From: a virus
Taxonomy: Duplodnaviria; Caudoviricetes
Virus record (IMG/VR): IMGVR_UViG_3300032561_000021
Span: 1-62,191 of that record
Length of the DNA: 62,191 nt
Direction: 5' to 3' (one strand)
Part shown: positions 7,771-17,024 of the stretch, piece by piece
Numbering within the stretch: position 1 is the first letter of the stretch
Layout of the letters: each line of letters begins with the position of its first letter
The notes under the pieces: model-generated
What the model saw: the letters and a program-made list of their open reading frames with translations, nothing else
Databases searched by the model: none
Told to the model about the DNA's origin: nothing
Translations under genes and position numbers: made by a program

Positions 7771-8778
7771 ATGCCAGTGCTACCTAACCAACCTCTAAAT
7801 AATGCAGTAAACCAAAGCCAGGGTTTACTAACTCAGATTGGCCAAAGCGTCCTTAATTCAGTTGAGGGACAAGTTGGTTACAATCCTACAGCCAGTAGAC
7901 AAAATGTCAATGACATGTTTGCATATAGTACATCAAATCCCGGCGGTTCCAGAACAGTAGGACCACAGGTGGTAGTTAACTACCCGCAGGCAAACTATGA
8001 TTGGCGTGTGCGTATTACACTTCCGCCAAACAGCAAGTACTTCTACAATGATCCAACTAATAATTTACTATCGCCGCTACGCACAGAAACTAATAATGGT
8101 GTAACCAGCGCAGTGGCACAGGGAATGAACAGCTTATTTGGCCCAGCAGGACAAACCCGTGTTGGTGTAATTTTTCCATATACCCCATCAATCTCAGTTA
8201 CACACGTAGCAAACTATTCTGCACAAAAATTACTACACAATAACTATGCCCAGTACTTCTATGATAACTCAGAAGTGCAACCAATTACAATCACAGGCGA
8301 CTTTACAGTACAGAACGTAAATGAAGGTCAGTACTTATTGGCAACAATTTACTTTTTTAGATCATTGACAAAAATGTTCTTTGGTGCAGATCCACTAGCA
8401 GGTAATCCGCCACCGATTGTATACTTAAACGGATATGGTCAATACTACTTGCCCAACGTGCCTTGCGTGGTAACAAGTTTTAATCATGCTATGCCAACTG
8501 ACAGCGATTATATGGATATTCCAGAACCTGGCGTAACGTATAATCCTTTTGTAACCAATCCTGTATTGAATAGTACTAGATTACCAACAACCAGCACAAT
8601 AACATTAACAGTTCAACCTGTGTACAGTCGCCTGGCACAGAGCCAGAGATTTAGTTTACAAGATTTTGCCAAAGGTGCATTGATTAATAGTGCAGGCTCG
8701 GGCAACCCAGGAAGTGCATTTGGTGCTACACAACAAGCCAGCAATGGCGGAGTAGCTGGGCCTGGAGGATTCTTATAA
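7771..8778 (+). CDS. baseplate tail-tube initiator/cap protein (gp48/gp54-like)
   Basis: VIFPYTPSI, ITITGDFTVQN, PPPIVYLNGYG...NVPCVVTSF. First gene of the baseplate operon, followed by a gp53-like gene. Confidence 0.65.
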   Translation: MPVLPNQPLNNAVNQSQGLLTQIGQSVLNSVEGQVGYNPTASRQNVNDMFAYSTSNPGGSRTVGPQVVVNYPQANYDWRVRITLPPNSKYFYNDPTNNLLSPLRTETNNGVTSAVAQGMNSLFGPAGQTRVGVIFPYTPSISVTHVANYSAQKLLHNNYAQYFYDNSEVQPITITGDFTVQNVNEGQYLLATIYFFRSLTKMFFGADPLAGNPPPIVYLNGYGQYYLPNVPCVVTSFNHAMPTDSDYMDIPEPGVTYNPFVTNPVLNSTRLPTTSTITLTVQPVYSRLAQSQRFSLQDFAKGALINSAGSGNPGSAFGATQQASNGGVAGPGGFL

Positions 8779-9077
8779 TGGCAACATACGCAACAACTAG
8801 TCCTTATCGTAATACCCCTGTATGGGGACCGTTCCTTGACATTTGGAAAGGAATTGTATTCCCATCGGACGTAAGCGATGCGCTATATCAAATTGACCCA
8901 CCGTACAATCTACGTCCGGATTTGTTAGCATACGATATGTACCAAGATAGTAATCTGTGGTGGTTATTTGCAGTACGCAACCCAAATACACTGGTAGATC
9001 CGTTATTTGATTTTGTGGCACCAACTATTATATATGTTCCATCAATGTCAGTGGTAAAAGCAACCTTAGGATTGTAA
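8778..9077 (+). CDS. gp53: baseplate wedge protein, LysM-like (gp53-like)
   Basis: RPDLLAYDMYQDSNLWW..A..N motif and gene order. Confidence 0.75.
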   Translation: MATYATTSPYRNTPVWGPFLDIWKGIVFPSDVSDALYQIDPPYNLRPDLLAYDMYQDSNLWWLFAVRNPNTLVDPLFDFVAPTIIYVPSMSVVKATLGL

Positions 9078-9080
9078 CCA

Positions 9081-11501
9081 ATGGCAGATCCAACCCCAAT
9101 TTTTTCAGCTGACCAAGTTAATCAAGATTTAACTGGTGTTGTGGCCGCAGGTGTAACAGCGCCTATCGCTGGTGCAGCAAATTCAGCATTATCCAGCGGA
9201 GTTACTGCATTGGCTGGATCGGTGTCTGGACCAATTGGCGGCGCATTAGCAGGTGCGTTAAGCGGGGCATTGTCTGGTGGCCTAAGCGGCGGATTAAACG
9301 GTGCACTCAGTGGAGCATTGGCAGGACTTCTTGGTAGCGTTATCAAAGCTCCAGTGGCAGGATCTGCGATTCCAAATCCAATGCATCAATATGCTAGTTG
9401 GACCTATGCAACAAGTTTATGGTGGTTAGACATCAATGATTACAATGCATTAATTGATAGCGGCGATGCTGGTACAGGTACAACTACACCGTTATTAAAT
9501 AGTTATGTAATTGCTGAAGACAGTGGACTATACCCAGACCGTAGATTGCCAACGCAACGGGGCCTAAACTATAATATTCAAACAATAGATTTTAATACTG
9601 TAGTAGGACTAAACTCTACTAGTAAAAGTAGCAACATGACAGACGGTACATTAACTATAGCAGAACCGTATGGCGTTACTTTATTAGACACGCTAGTAAA
9701 AGCAGACACAGTACTAAACCCTTCAGGCAAATCAAATTATCTTCAGCAACCTTATATGTTGCAAATAGATTTTGTTGGATACGACGATGCAGGGAATCAA
9801 GTACCTGCAAGCCAAACCAGCATATACAGAAAACGTTTTCCGATTAATATTCGAGAATTTAAAATACAAGTATCTAACCGCGGCGCCGAATACGCACTTG
9901 CATTTACTGCCGCAGGACACGAAGCACACGCAGACGAAGTTGCTAAGATTCCCAAAAATATAACAGTAATCGCAAAAACAGTAGGTGAATTTTTTGATGC
10001 AACATTACCTAATTCATTTACTAGTCAATTGAATAAATTTTTACAACAAGAAGTAACTGATAAAAAAGCTGAATCTGCTCACAGTTATAAATTTGACATA
10101 GACTCGTCTATTGCCTCTAGTAAAATTGTTTATGACAAACAAATGAGCCTGAGCCAGGCCAACCCAAACGCTAGTTCAATTGACTTGTCAACTGGAAACT
10201 TTAGTATTGCATCGGGTACGTCAATACAGGAAATTATTAATAAAGTATTAATACAATCAGACTACCTGATAGGACAGCTTGGATTAGATTTACAAAGCTC
10301 AACACCAGACCAAGTACAAACGTCAATGACGCAAGTACTAAACACTTATAAAACGGTAGTTCAGACTACCTATGCAGGAACAAGTGCTGCTGGGGTAACA
10401 ACCAATGGAGTATTTGATTCTATCAGAAACATATATCCCAAGGTATACACCTACAACATACACCAATATAGTGTATACGACGCAAAGCATCCAGCAGCAC
10501 CATTATTGACAGACAGTAGACCATATACGTCAAAAGCATACAGCTATATATACACTGGACACAACATTGATATCCTAGATCTCAATATTCACTTTGACGC
10601 AACATTCTTTACAGCGGTAAATGCGTATACTTCATCTGTTGCTGCAACGCAACCTACTGCCAGTACTGGGCTAGATACTGTATTAGCTAGTGGGCCCGCA
10701 ATATCGTTAAGTTCTGCACTGATGGGAGCATTAAATTTGATTCCAAACTTTGGATCAATACAAAATCTCACACCATTGCGATACAAAAATATTGTAAACG
10801 ATCAACGCGATAATACTGGTATGAACATTATTGCTAATCCGGCTGCACAAACAACAGCGAACTTGATGAGAAGTGTATATAGTGAATTACAGGGCGATAT
10901 GCAGAATCTCGAGTTAACTATTGTTGGTGATCCTACGCTACTTAAACAGGACGATTGGCTATATAGTCCAAGCCCAACAACAAGTACTAACTGGTTGGCA
11001 GAAATATCTCAATCAGATTTTGCACAACAATATGGACATATTAAAATGGACAATGGTGACTTAATTGCATCTGTTACAATTAATACACCAGTGGATATAG
11101 ATATAGATCAGACCAACAAAGGATTAATGACACCAACAATTGGTACAGTACCTAGTTTGTTCAGCGGGCAGTATATTATAAAAACAATTAAAAACACGTT
11201 CACTGGCGGCACATTTACACAAGTATTAAGTATGATACGATTATCAAACGATGCACTTGTTGCTGCCGGCGGAGCTCCAAATACTGGACGTGGCGCAGTT
11301 GGTACAAGTCAACTAGCACAAGGCCTAGTCAATAGTGCGGTGCAAACATTGGGCGGACTAGTAAATACTGGACTAGGCGCAGTTGCTACAGCAGCAAGCG
11401 ATTTATATAATTCAGCAACAGGCAACAACGGACAAGCAACACTTAACTCATCTGGCGCAGTAGATTCAGCATACGACGCCACTAGATGGGGCGAAGGTTA
11501 A
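9081..11501 (+). CDS. baseplate hub protein (gp27-like)
   Basis: Lies between gp53-like and gp5-like genes. LTIVGDP and C-terminal FSGQYIIKTIKNTFTGGTFTQVL are typical of hub proteins. Gly/Ala-rich termini. Confidence 0.6.
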   Translation: MADPTPIFSADQVNQDLTGVVAAGVTAPIAGAANSALSSGVTALAGSVSGPIGGALAGALSGALSGGLSGGLNGALSGALAGLLGSVIKAPVAGSAIPNPMHQYASWTYATSLWWLDINDYNALIDSGDAGTGTTTPLLNSYVIAEDSGLYPDRRLPTQRGLNYNIQTIDFNTVVGLNSTSKSSNMTDGTLTIAEPYGVTLLDTLVKADTVLNPSGKSNYLQQPYMLQIDFVGYDDAGNQVPASQTSIYRKRFPINIREFKIQVSNRGAEYALAFTAAGHEAHADEVAKIPKNITVIAKTVGEFFDATLPNSFTSQLNKFLQQEVTDKKAESAHSYKFDIDSSIASSKIVYDKQMSLSQANPNASSIDLSTGNFSIASGTSIQEIINKVLIQSDYLIGQLGLDLQSSTPDQVQTSMTQVLNTYKTVVQTTYAGTSAAGVTTNGVFDSIRNIYPKVYTYNIHQYSVYDAKHPAAPLLTDSRPYTSKAYSYIYTGHNIDILDLNIHFDATFFTAVNAYTSSVAATQPTASTGLDTVLASGPAISLSSALMGALNLIPNFGSIQNLTPLRYKNIVNDQRDNTGMNIIANPAAQTTANLMRSVYSELQGDMQNLELTIVGDPTLLKQDDWLYSPSPTTSTNWLAEISQSDFAQQYGHIKMDNGDLIASVTINTPVDIDIDQTNKGLMTPTIGTVPSLFSGQYIIKTIKNTFTGGTFTQVLSMIRLSNDALVAAGGAPNTGRGAVGTSQLAQGLVNSAVQTLGGLVNTGLGAVATAASDLYNSATGNNGQATLNSSGAVDSAYDATRWGEG

Positions 11502-11517
11502 AGGAAAAATTCAATAA

Positions 11518-12924
11518 ATGGCAACAGGTCAATTTAGACGCTCGGGCGCAGATCCAGCTAGTAAAGCGGATAGTAAAAACACAGAATCCACAGTAGACTC
11601 TGGCCCCTATGAAGCGGTTGTAGTTTCTCACGTGGTTGGTACACGTATGGGCCAGTTAATGGTGTACATTCCGGACTTTGGTGGAGAAAAAACAGACCCA
11701 AACAATCAAATTCCTGTAAGCTATTGTAGTCCATACTATGGAACAACCTATAACACAGACTCGCAAGATTCAAGTGACACAGCACCCGACGCACAATTTA
11801 TCACAGGTCAGAGTTATGGCATGTGGATGGTACCTCCCGACATTGGTAATAAAGTTTTAGTGGTATTTGCTGCAGGGGATAGAAAGCGTGGCTATTGGAT
11901 TGGATGTATCTATGATAGTATGAGCCACCATATGGTTCCCGGGTTAGCTCGTAATATCAGTTCAGACAAAAGTAAAACACTACCGCCAAATCCAGCAGAC
12001 ACACTAACTCCTGCACTTAACAGTAAGAGTGTTAGTCCGGTAGTAGAAGCATACACTGGTGATTCATCTAGTTTTACTCCAGATGGAATTACAAGCACAC
12101 CGCGCTATGTACATGAGTACCAAAATATTATTTTAGTTGGACAGGGATTAGATCAAGACTTAGTACGCGGTGCAATTAGTTCTAGTAGTTTACGTGAATC
12201 GCCTAGTAATGTATACGGTATTAGTACTCCTGGGCGTTCAATGACCGGGAACAATCCGCAGGTTAGTGCTGCGCCTGGCGAAAATGCAAAACAAGCAGTT
12301 ATAGCACGTCAGGGCGGCCATAGTTTTGTAATGGATGACGGTGATGTTTCTGGAGTAGACAGATTAATCAGATTACGATCAAGTGGTGGTCATCAGATTT
12401 TAATGAATGACACAGAAGGTATTTTTTACATAGCTAGTGCCAGTGGTAATCAATGGATAGAGTTTGGATCCAACGGACAAATCAACATATTTGCAGATAC
12501 AGGTTTTAATGTCAGAACAAAAGGCGATTTAAATTTACATAGTGATGCAGCATTAAACATCAACAGCAATGATACTGTAAACATTAGTGGTGCAAAGGGT
12601 GTTAAAATCAGTAGTCCGCAAACTATTGATATTCAAGCATTGAGCTCGTTGACTGCAGGTACAAACGGACAAATAAAACTGTTTGGTGGCGGCGGCGCAA
12701 GTTTATTAAGCGGTGGCGGACTAAGTATGAGCTCCAATGGTCCTGCTACCATAGCCGGCCAATCAATTAACCTGGGCGGCGGGTCAGGCAATCCCCCATC
12801 TGCTACCATGCCAACTATGAATAGCTTACCAGATGTTTCGTTTAATGGCACAAACTGGACAGCGTCGGGATCAATCAGTAGTATTTGTACCATTGCTCCG
12901 GCACACGAACCTTGGAAAAGATAA
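11518..12924 (+). CDS. gp5: central spike (gp5/VgrG-like OB fold plus beta-helix)
   Basis: RMGQLMVYIP, YGMWMVPPDIGNKVLVVF, GHSFVMDD/GHQILMND, beta-helix-like repeats, terminal PAHEPW. Confidence 0.8.
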   Translation: MATGQFRRSGADPASKADSKNTESTVDSGPYEAVVVSHVVGTRMGQLMVYIPDFGGEKTDPNNQIPVSYCSPYYGTTYNTDSQDSSDTAPDAQFITGQSYGMWMVPPDIGNKVLVVFAAGDRKRGYWIGCIYDSMSHHMVPGLARNISSDKSKTLPPNPADTLTPALNSKSVSPVVEAYTGDSSSFTPDGITSTPRYVHEYQNIILVGQGLDQDLVRGAISSSSLRESPSNVYGISTPGRSMTGNNPQVSAAPGENAKQAVIARQGGHSFVMDDGDVSGVDRLIRLRSSGGHQILMNDTEGIFYIASASGNQWIEFGSNGQINIFADTGFNVRTKGDLNLHSDAALNINSNDTVNISGAKGVKISSPQTIDIQALSSLTAGTNGQIKLFGGGGASLLSGGGLSMSSNGPATIAGQSINLGGGSGNPPSATMPTMNSLPDVSFNGTNWTASGSISSICTIAPAHEPWKR

Positions 12925-13574
12925 TGGATGCAGGAATAGCCGCTTCTCTTGGGCAACCAATTGTTAATGCACTACCAACCAGTTTACTTGGTATTGCGGC
13001 CGCCACTACCTCTGCAGCACCAAGTTGGGCTACCATTGGTATTCTAACACCTACACAGATACAAAATTTACAAGCACAAATTGGGTACAGTCAAAGTAAC
13101 TGGAATTATAATTTAATTGGCGCAGGCAACGCACTTGGTCGTTATCAATTTACACCAGCTCTATTAGAATCATACGGACTGATTGCATTTGGATCCAATG
13201 CCGCATATGGCACTGATTGCGTAAACTATCGTCATTGCTGGCGCCCAACGTATGTAAACAAAGGATTAAATGTTTACGAAAACTATTTTTATAATATTAC
13301 TAGTCTAAACGGATTCTTAACAACCACTGTGGCACAAGATCATTTAGCATACCAGTATCTAAATGATTTATATGTTTCTGCTACACACGTGGGAGCAATA
13401 ACACATGATGATACTGCTGATGTAGTAGCTGGCATGCTTTACGTATGTTGGATACTTGGCACTGGATCACGAACAAGCGGAACAGGTGCATGGGCATGGC
13501 GCTACAATAATACTGGCGCCGGTACAAATGTCTTTAATGCAGGCCGTTATGCTGTGACAGTTTTAAGTAGGTAA
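12924..13574 (+). CDS. lysozyme-fold tail-associated protein
   Basis: GRYQF motif and position between gp5 and gp25. Start moved to ATG 12924 (TAATG overlap with the gp5 stop). Confidence 0.5.
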   Translation: MDAGIAASLGQPIVNALPTSLLGIAAATTSAAPSWATIGILTPTQIQNLQAQIGYSQSNWNYNLIGAGNALGRYQFTPALLESYGLIAFGSNAAYGTDCVNYRHCWRPTYVNKGLNVYENYFYNITSLNGFLTTTVAQDHLAYQYLNDLYVSATHVGAITHDDTADVVAGMLYVCWILGTGSRTSGTGAWAWRYNNTGAGTNVFNAGRYAVTVLSR

Positions 13575-13577
13575 ATA
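13571..13577 (+). promoter_or_regulatory. late promoter GTAAATA
   Basis: TAAATA core 5 nt before the gp25 ATG. Confidence 0.5.
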
Positions 13578-13582
13578 TTAAT

Positions 13583-13960
13583 ATGGCAATAGTATATCGC
13601 GGATTTAGCACCTTAGTTAACAAAAAACGTTATAGCCTAACGGACTATGCACTGGCCAAACAAGATTTAATGAATTACTTTAATATCCGTAAAGGATCTA
13701 AGCTAATGCAACCAAATTTTGGCACAATCATCTGGGATCAGCTGTTTGAGCCATTAAACGAAACAACTCAAGACATTATCACGTCGGATATCAAACGAAT
13801 TGTTAGTTATGATCCTAGATTAACTGTTTCTAGTATAAATGTTACACAGCAAACCAATGGATTGCAAATTCAAATATCTCTATCGTATATCCCGTCAAAT
13901 CAATCAGACACTATTCTGCTAAACTTTAATAAAAATGCATCAACTTTGACCACGAATTAA
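13583..13960 (+). CDS. gp25: baseplate wedge protein gp25
   Basis: KGSKLMQPNFGTIIWDQLFEP and YDPR. Confidence 0.9.
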   Translation: MAIVYRGFSTLVNKKRYSLTDYALAKQDLMNYFNIRKGSKLMQPNFGTIIWDQLFEPLNETTQDIITSDIKRIVSYDPRLTVSSINVTQQTNGLQIQISLSYIPSNQSDTILLNFNKNASTLTTN

Positions 13961-13965
13961 CTGCC

Positions 13966-13987
13966 CATATTATTTTGCCGATAAATA
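13966..13987 (+). promoter_or_regulatory. late promoter CATATTAT-N3-GCCGATAAATA
   Basis: Near-identical to 7744-7765, intergenic before gp6. Confidence 0.7.
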
Positions 13988-14009
13988 TACAATATAGGTA
14001 AACATTAAT

Positions 14010-17000
14010 ATGGCACAAACAACACGTCAAACAAATCTTTTAGTAAACCAGGACTGGACTAAGGTCTATCAGAGCTTTACTAATGCGGACTTCACTAGTT
14101 ACGACTTTGAAACACTTCGTAACTCAATGATCAACTACCTGCAGACCTATTATCCAGAAACATTCAATGACTTCTTAGAATCAAGTGAGTACCTGGCACT
14201 GATTGATATGATTGCGTTCTTGGGTCAAAGTTTGAGTTTCCGCACAGATCTAAACGCACGTGAAAACTTTATTGATACAGCGCAACGTCGCGACAGTATT
14301 CTAAAATTAGCACGTATGTTGAGCTATAATCCGACCCGTACACAAAGCGCAAGCGGTCTAATTAAATTTAACAGTATCAGTACAACAGAGAACATCACTG
14401 ACAGTAACGGCAATAGTCTAGCCAATACTACCATTTATTGGAACGATTTAACCAATACCAATTGGTTAGAGCAGTTCACTACAATTTTAAATGCTACCTT
14501 GGTTACTAACCAAGCAATCGGCAAACCTGGTAACACACAGGCTATCAATGGCGTACAAACTAGTGAATACACAATTAGTTTAAATCGCAATACATTACCC
14601 CTGGCACCATTTAGTGTTAATATTCAGAATACAAAAGTTAACTTTGAAGCTGTTAGTGCAAGTACACTAGGTCAAAGTTACATATATGAGCGCGACCCAA
14701 CTAACTTGGGTCAATTTAACATTCTTTACCAAAACGACAACAATGGTAATAACAGTAATAACACTGGCTTCTTCTTGTACTTTAAACAGGGAAGTATGCA
14801 GGCCACCAACTTTAAAATACAAAATGCTATTCCAAACAACTTTGTTACAGTTGCAACAAACAACATTAATAATTCCGATGGCTGGTTGTATAGCTTAAAC
14901 GTAAACAATGTTCCGCAAACACTATGGACTCAAGTGCCTGCGCTACCCGGTATCAATGTTGTTTTTAACCAATCAACAAACAAGAACTTGTACCAAGTTA
15001 ATACATTAAACAATGACCAGGTCAGTTTAGTGTTCGGTGACGGCTCTTTTGCCAACATTCCGCAAGGCGCATTTAATTTTTACTTCCGCACAAGCAATGG
15101 TCTTTCATACACTATTACTCCAGATGATTTATCAAACGTTGTAGTTGCTATTCCCTATGTTGATGCTCATGGTAACGGACAGACTCTAACAGTTGTGGCT
15201 AGTTTACAATATACTGTAACCAATGCAACAGCTACTCAAAGTTTACAAAGTATTAAAACATACGCACCGCAAAATTATTATACACAGAATCGTATGATCA
15301 CTGGTGAAGATTATAATATCTTTCCATTAACAAACTTTACTAGTATACAAAAAATTAAAGCAGTTAACCGCACAAGTAGTGGTGTAAGTCTATATCTTGA
15401 TACGCTAGATACAACCGGCAGTTTTAGTAGCACAAATATTTTTGCCGACGATGGTATATTGTATGCCAATGCTATCACTGGGTCAGAAACATTTAGTTTC
15501 TTAACCACTAACGATATCTACTCTGCAATCTATAATGACGTTATTCCTGTATTAAGTTCTACCGGAATGACAAACTACTACTATGCAAATTATCCACGCT
15601 ATGCGCCAACGCACAGTAATGTTACTTTTGTGCAAACAGGTAATACTACATCAAGTAGTTACGGTAATTTAACCTACAATGGTAACGTAATCAACGTGGG
15701 CAATGTTGCCAGTGGCAATTTAAAATATGTCACAACAGGATCAAGCGTAAAGTTCCTAACAAATGCCAATTCAAATGCAACATCATTCTATTCGTCAGTT
15801 ACTAACGTAGTTGGCAATTCACAAACCTACTTTGGCATGGTTGTACCAACCGGATCTATTGTAAGTTCTATTATTCCTCCAATTAAAAATGATTTAACTG
15901 GATCGGTGATTACAACTATAGCCACACAAATTCAGTCAATGGTCAACTTTGGCTTATATTTTGATCAAGTAAATCAAGTGTGGGCCAATATTCCTCCAAG
16001 TCAAATTGGTTCAAGTACCAATTGGTTATTGAAGTTTACATACAATGCCGGCTTATACAATATTCAATACAAAACATTACAGTATAGTTTTGCTAGTGCA
16101 TCTGAGACCAATTTCTACTTTGATCCAACTGTTAAAGTTTATGATTCAACAATTGGTGCTCCTGTTGCTGACTTAATTAAAATCTTAAAGATAAACTCAC
16201 ACCCTGGTAATAGTACCCCGCTTGGCACAGATATTATCTGGGATATATACGATGTCATCACAGCAAACGATGGCTATGTTAGTCGCAATGAAATTTTAGT
16301 ATCGTTCCCGCAAACACAAATGACCGGCACACCAGACAATCCTGATTTATATACTACAGTTGCCAACACCGCAACATCACGTAGCAGTCTATATTTCCAG
16401 TATAAACACAATAGCCCAAATCGTAATCGTGTTGATCCTACACCGGTTAACTTGATTGACCTATATGTATTAACAGCAGACTACACAACAAGCTATATGA
16501 ATTGGATACAGGATTTAACAGGTACTCTAGTAGAGCCTGTTGCACCAACTTCAAGTAGTTTAGAAATTGCCTATAGTAAATTAGACAATTTTAAAACAGT
16601 TAGTGATAGTTTAATTTACAATCCTGCTAAATTTAAACCACTCTTTGGATCTAAAGCTGATCCTAGTTTACGTGCTCGCTTCCAGGTTGTTATTAACCCT
16701 GCAGTTAGTATTACACCTAACGAAGTTAAGAGTCAGGTTATTGCTGCGATCAACGCATACTTTAACATTGCAAACTGGGACTTTGGTGACACATTCTATT
16801 TTAGTGAATTAGCGGCATACCTACATACAAGTTTAGTTCCTACTATTGCTAGTGTGTTAATTGTGCCAGCAGACGACAACTTGGTATTTGGTAACTACTT
16901 CCAGATTAACGCTGAACCTTGGGAAATTATTACAAGTGCAGCAACGGTCAATGACGTAGATATTATTAGCGCAGTAACAGCAGCACAACTTAATCTTGGC

Positions 17001-17024
17001 AACACTATCGTAGGCACATATTAA
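14010..17024 (+). CDS. gp6: baseplate wedge protein gp6
   Basis: DFTSYDFETLR, ENFIDTAQRRDSIL..A..LSY, FGDG, QNRMITGEDY, WDFGDTFYFSEL. Confidence 0.9.
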   Translation: MAQTTRQTNLLVNQDWTKVYQSFTNADFTSYDFETLRNSMINYLQTYYPETFNDFLESSEYLALIDMIAFLGQSLSFRTDLNARENFIDTAQRRDSILKLARMLSYNPTRTQSASGLIKFNSISTTENITDSNGNSLANTTIYWNDLTNTNWLEQFTTILNATLVTNQAIGKPGNTQAINGVQTSEYTISLNRNTLPLAPFSVNIQNTKVNFEAVSASTLGQSYIYERDPTNLGQFNILYQNDNNGNNSNNTGFFLYFKQGSMQATNFKIQNAIPNNFVTVATNNINNSDGWLYSLNVNNVPQTLWTQVPALPGINVVFNQSTNKNLYQVNTLNNDQVSLVFGDGSFANIPQGAFNFYFRTSNGLSYTITPDDLSNVVVAIPYVDAHGNGQTLTVVASLQYTVTNATATQSLQSIKTYAPQNYYTQNRMITGEDYNIFPLTNFTSIQKIKAVNRTSSGVSLYLDTLDTTGSFSSTNIFADDGILYANAITGSETFSFLTTNDIYSAIYNDVIPVLSSTGMTNYYYANYPRYAPTHSNVTFVQTGNTTSSSYGNLTYNGNVINVGNVASGNLKYVTTGSSVKFLTNANSNATSFYSSVTNVVGNSQTYFGMVVPTGSIVSSIIPPIKNDLTGSVITTIATQIQSMVNFGLYFDQVNQVWANIPPSQIGSSTNWLLKFTYNAGLYNIQYKTLQYSFASASETNFYFDPTVKVYDSTIGAPVADLIKILKINSHPGNSTPLGTDIIWDIYDVITANDGYVSRNEILVSFPQTQMTGTPDNPDLYTTVANTATSRSSLYFQYKHNSPNRNRVDPTPVNLIDLYVLTADYTTSYMNWIQDLTGTLVEPVAPTSSSLEIAYSKLDNFKTVSDSLIYNPAKFKPLFGSKADPSLRARFQVVINPAVSITPNEVKSQVIAAINAYFNIANWDFGDTFYFSELAAYLHTSLVPTIASVLIVPADDNLVFGNYFQINAEPWEIITSAATVNDVDIISAVTAAQLNLGNTIVGTY

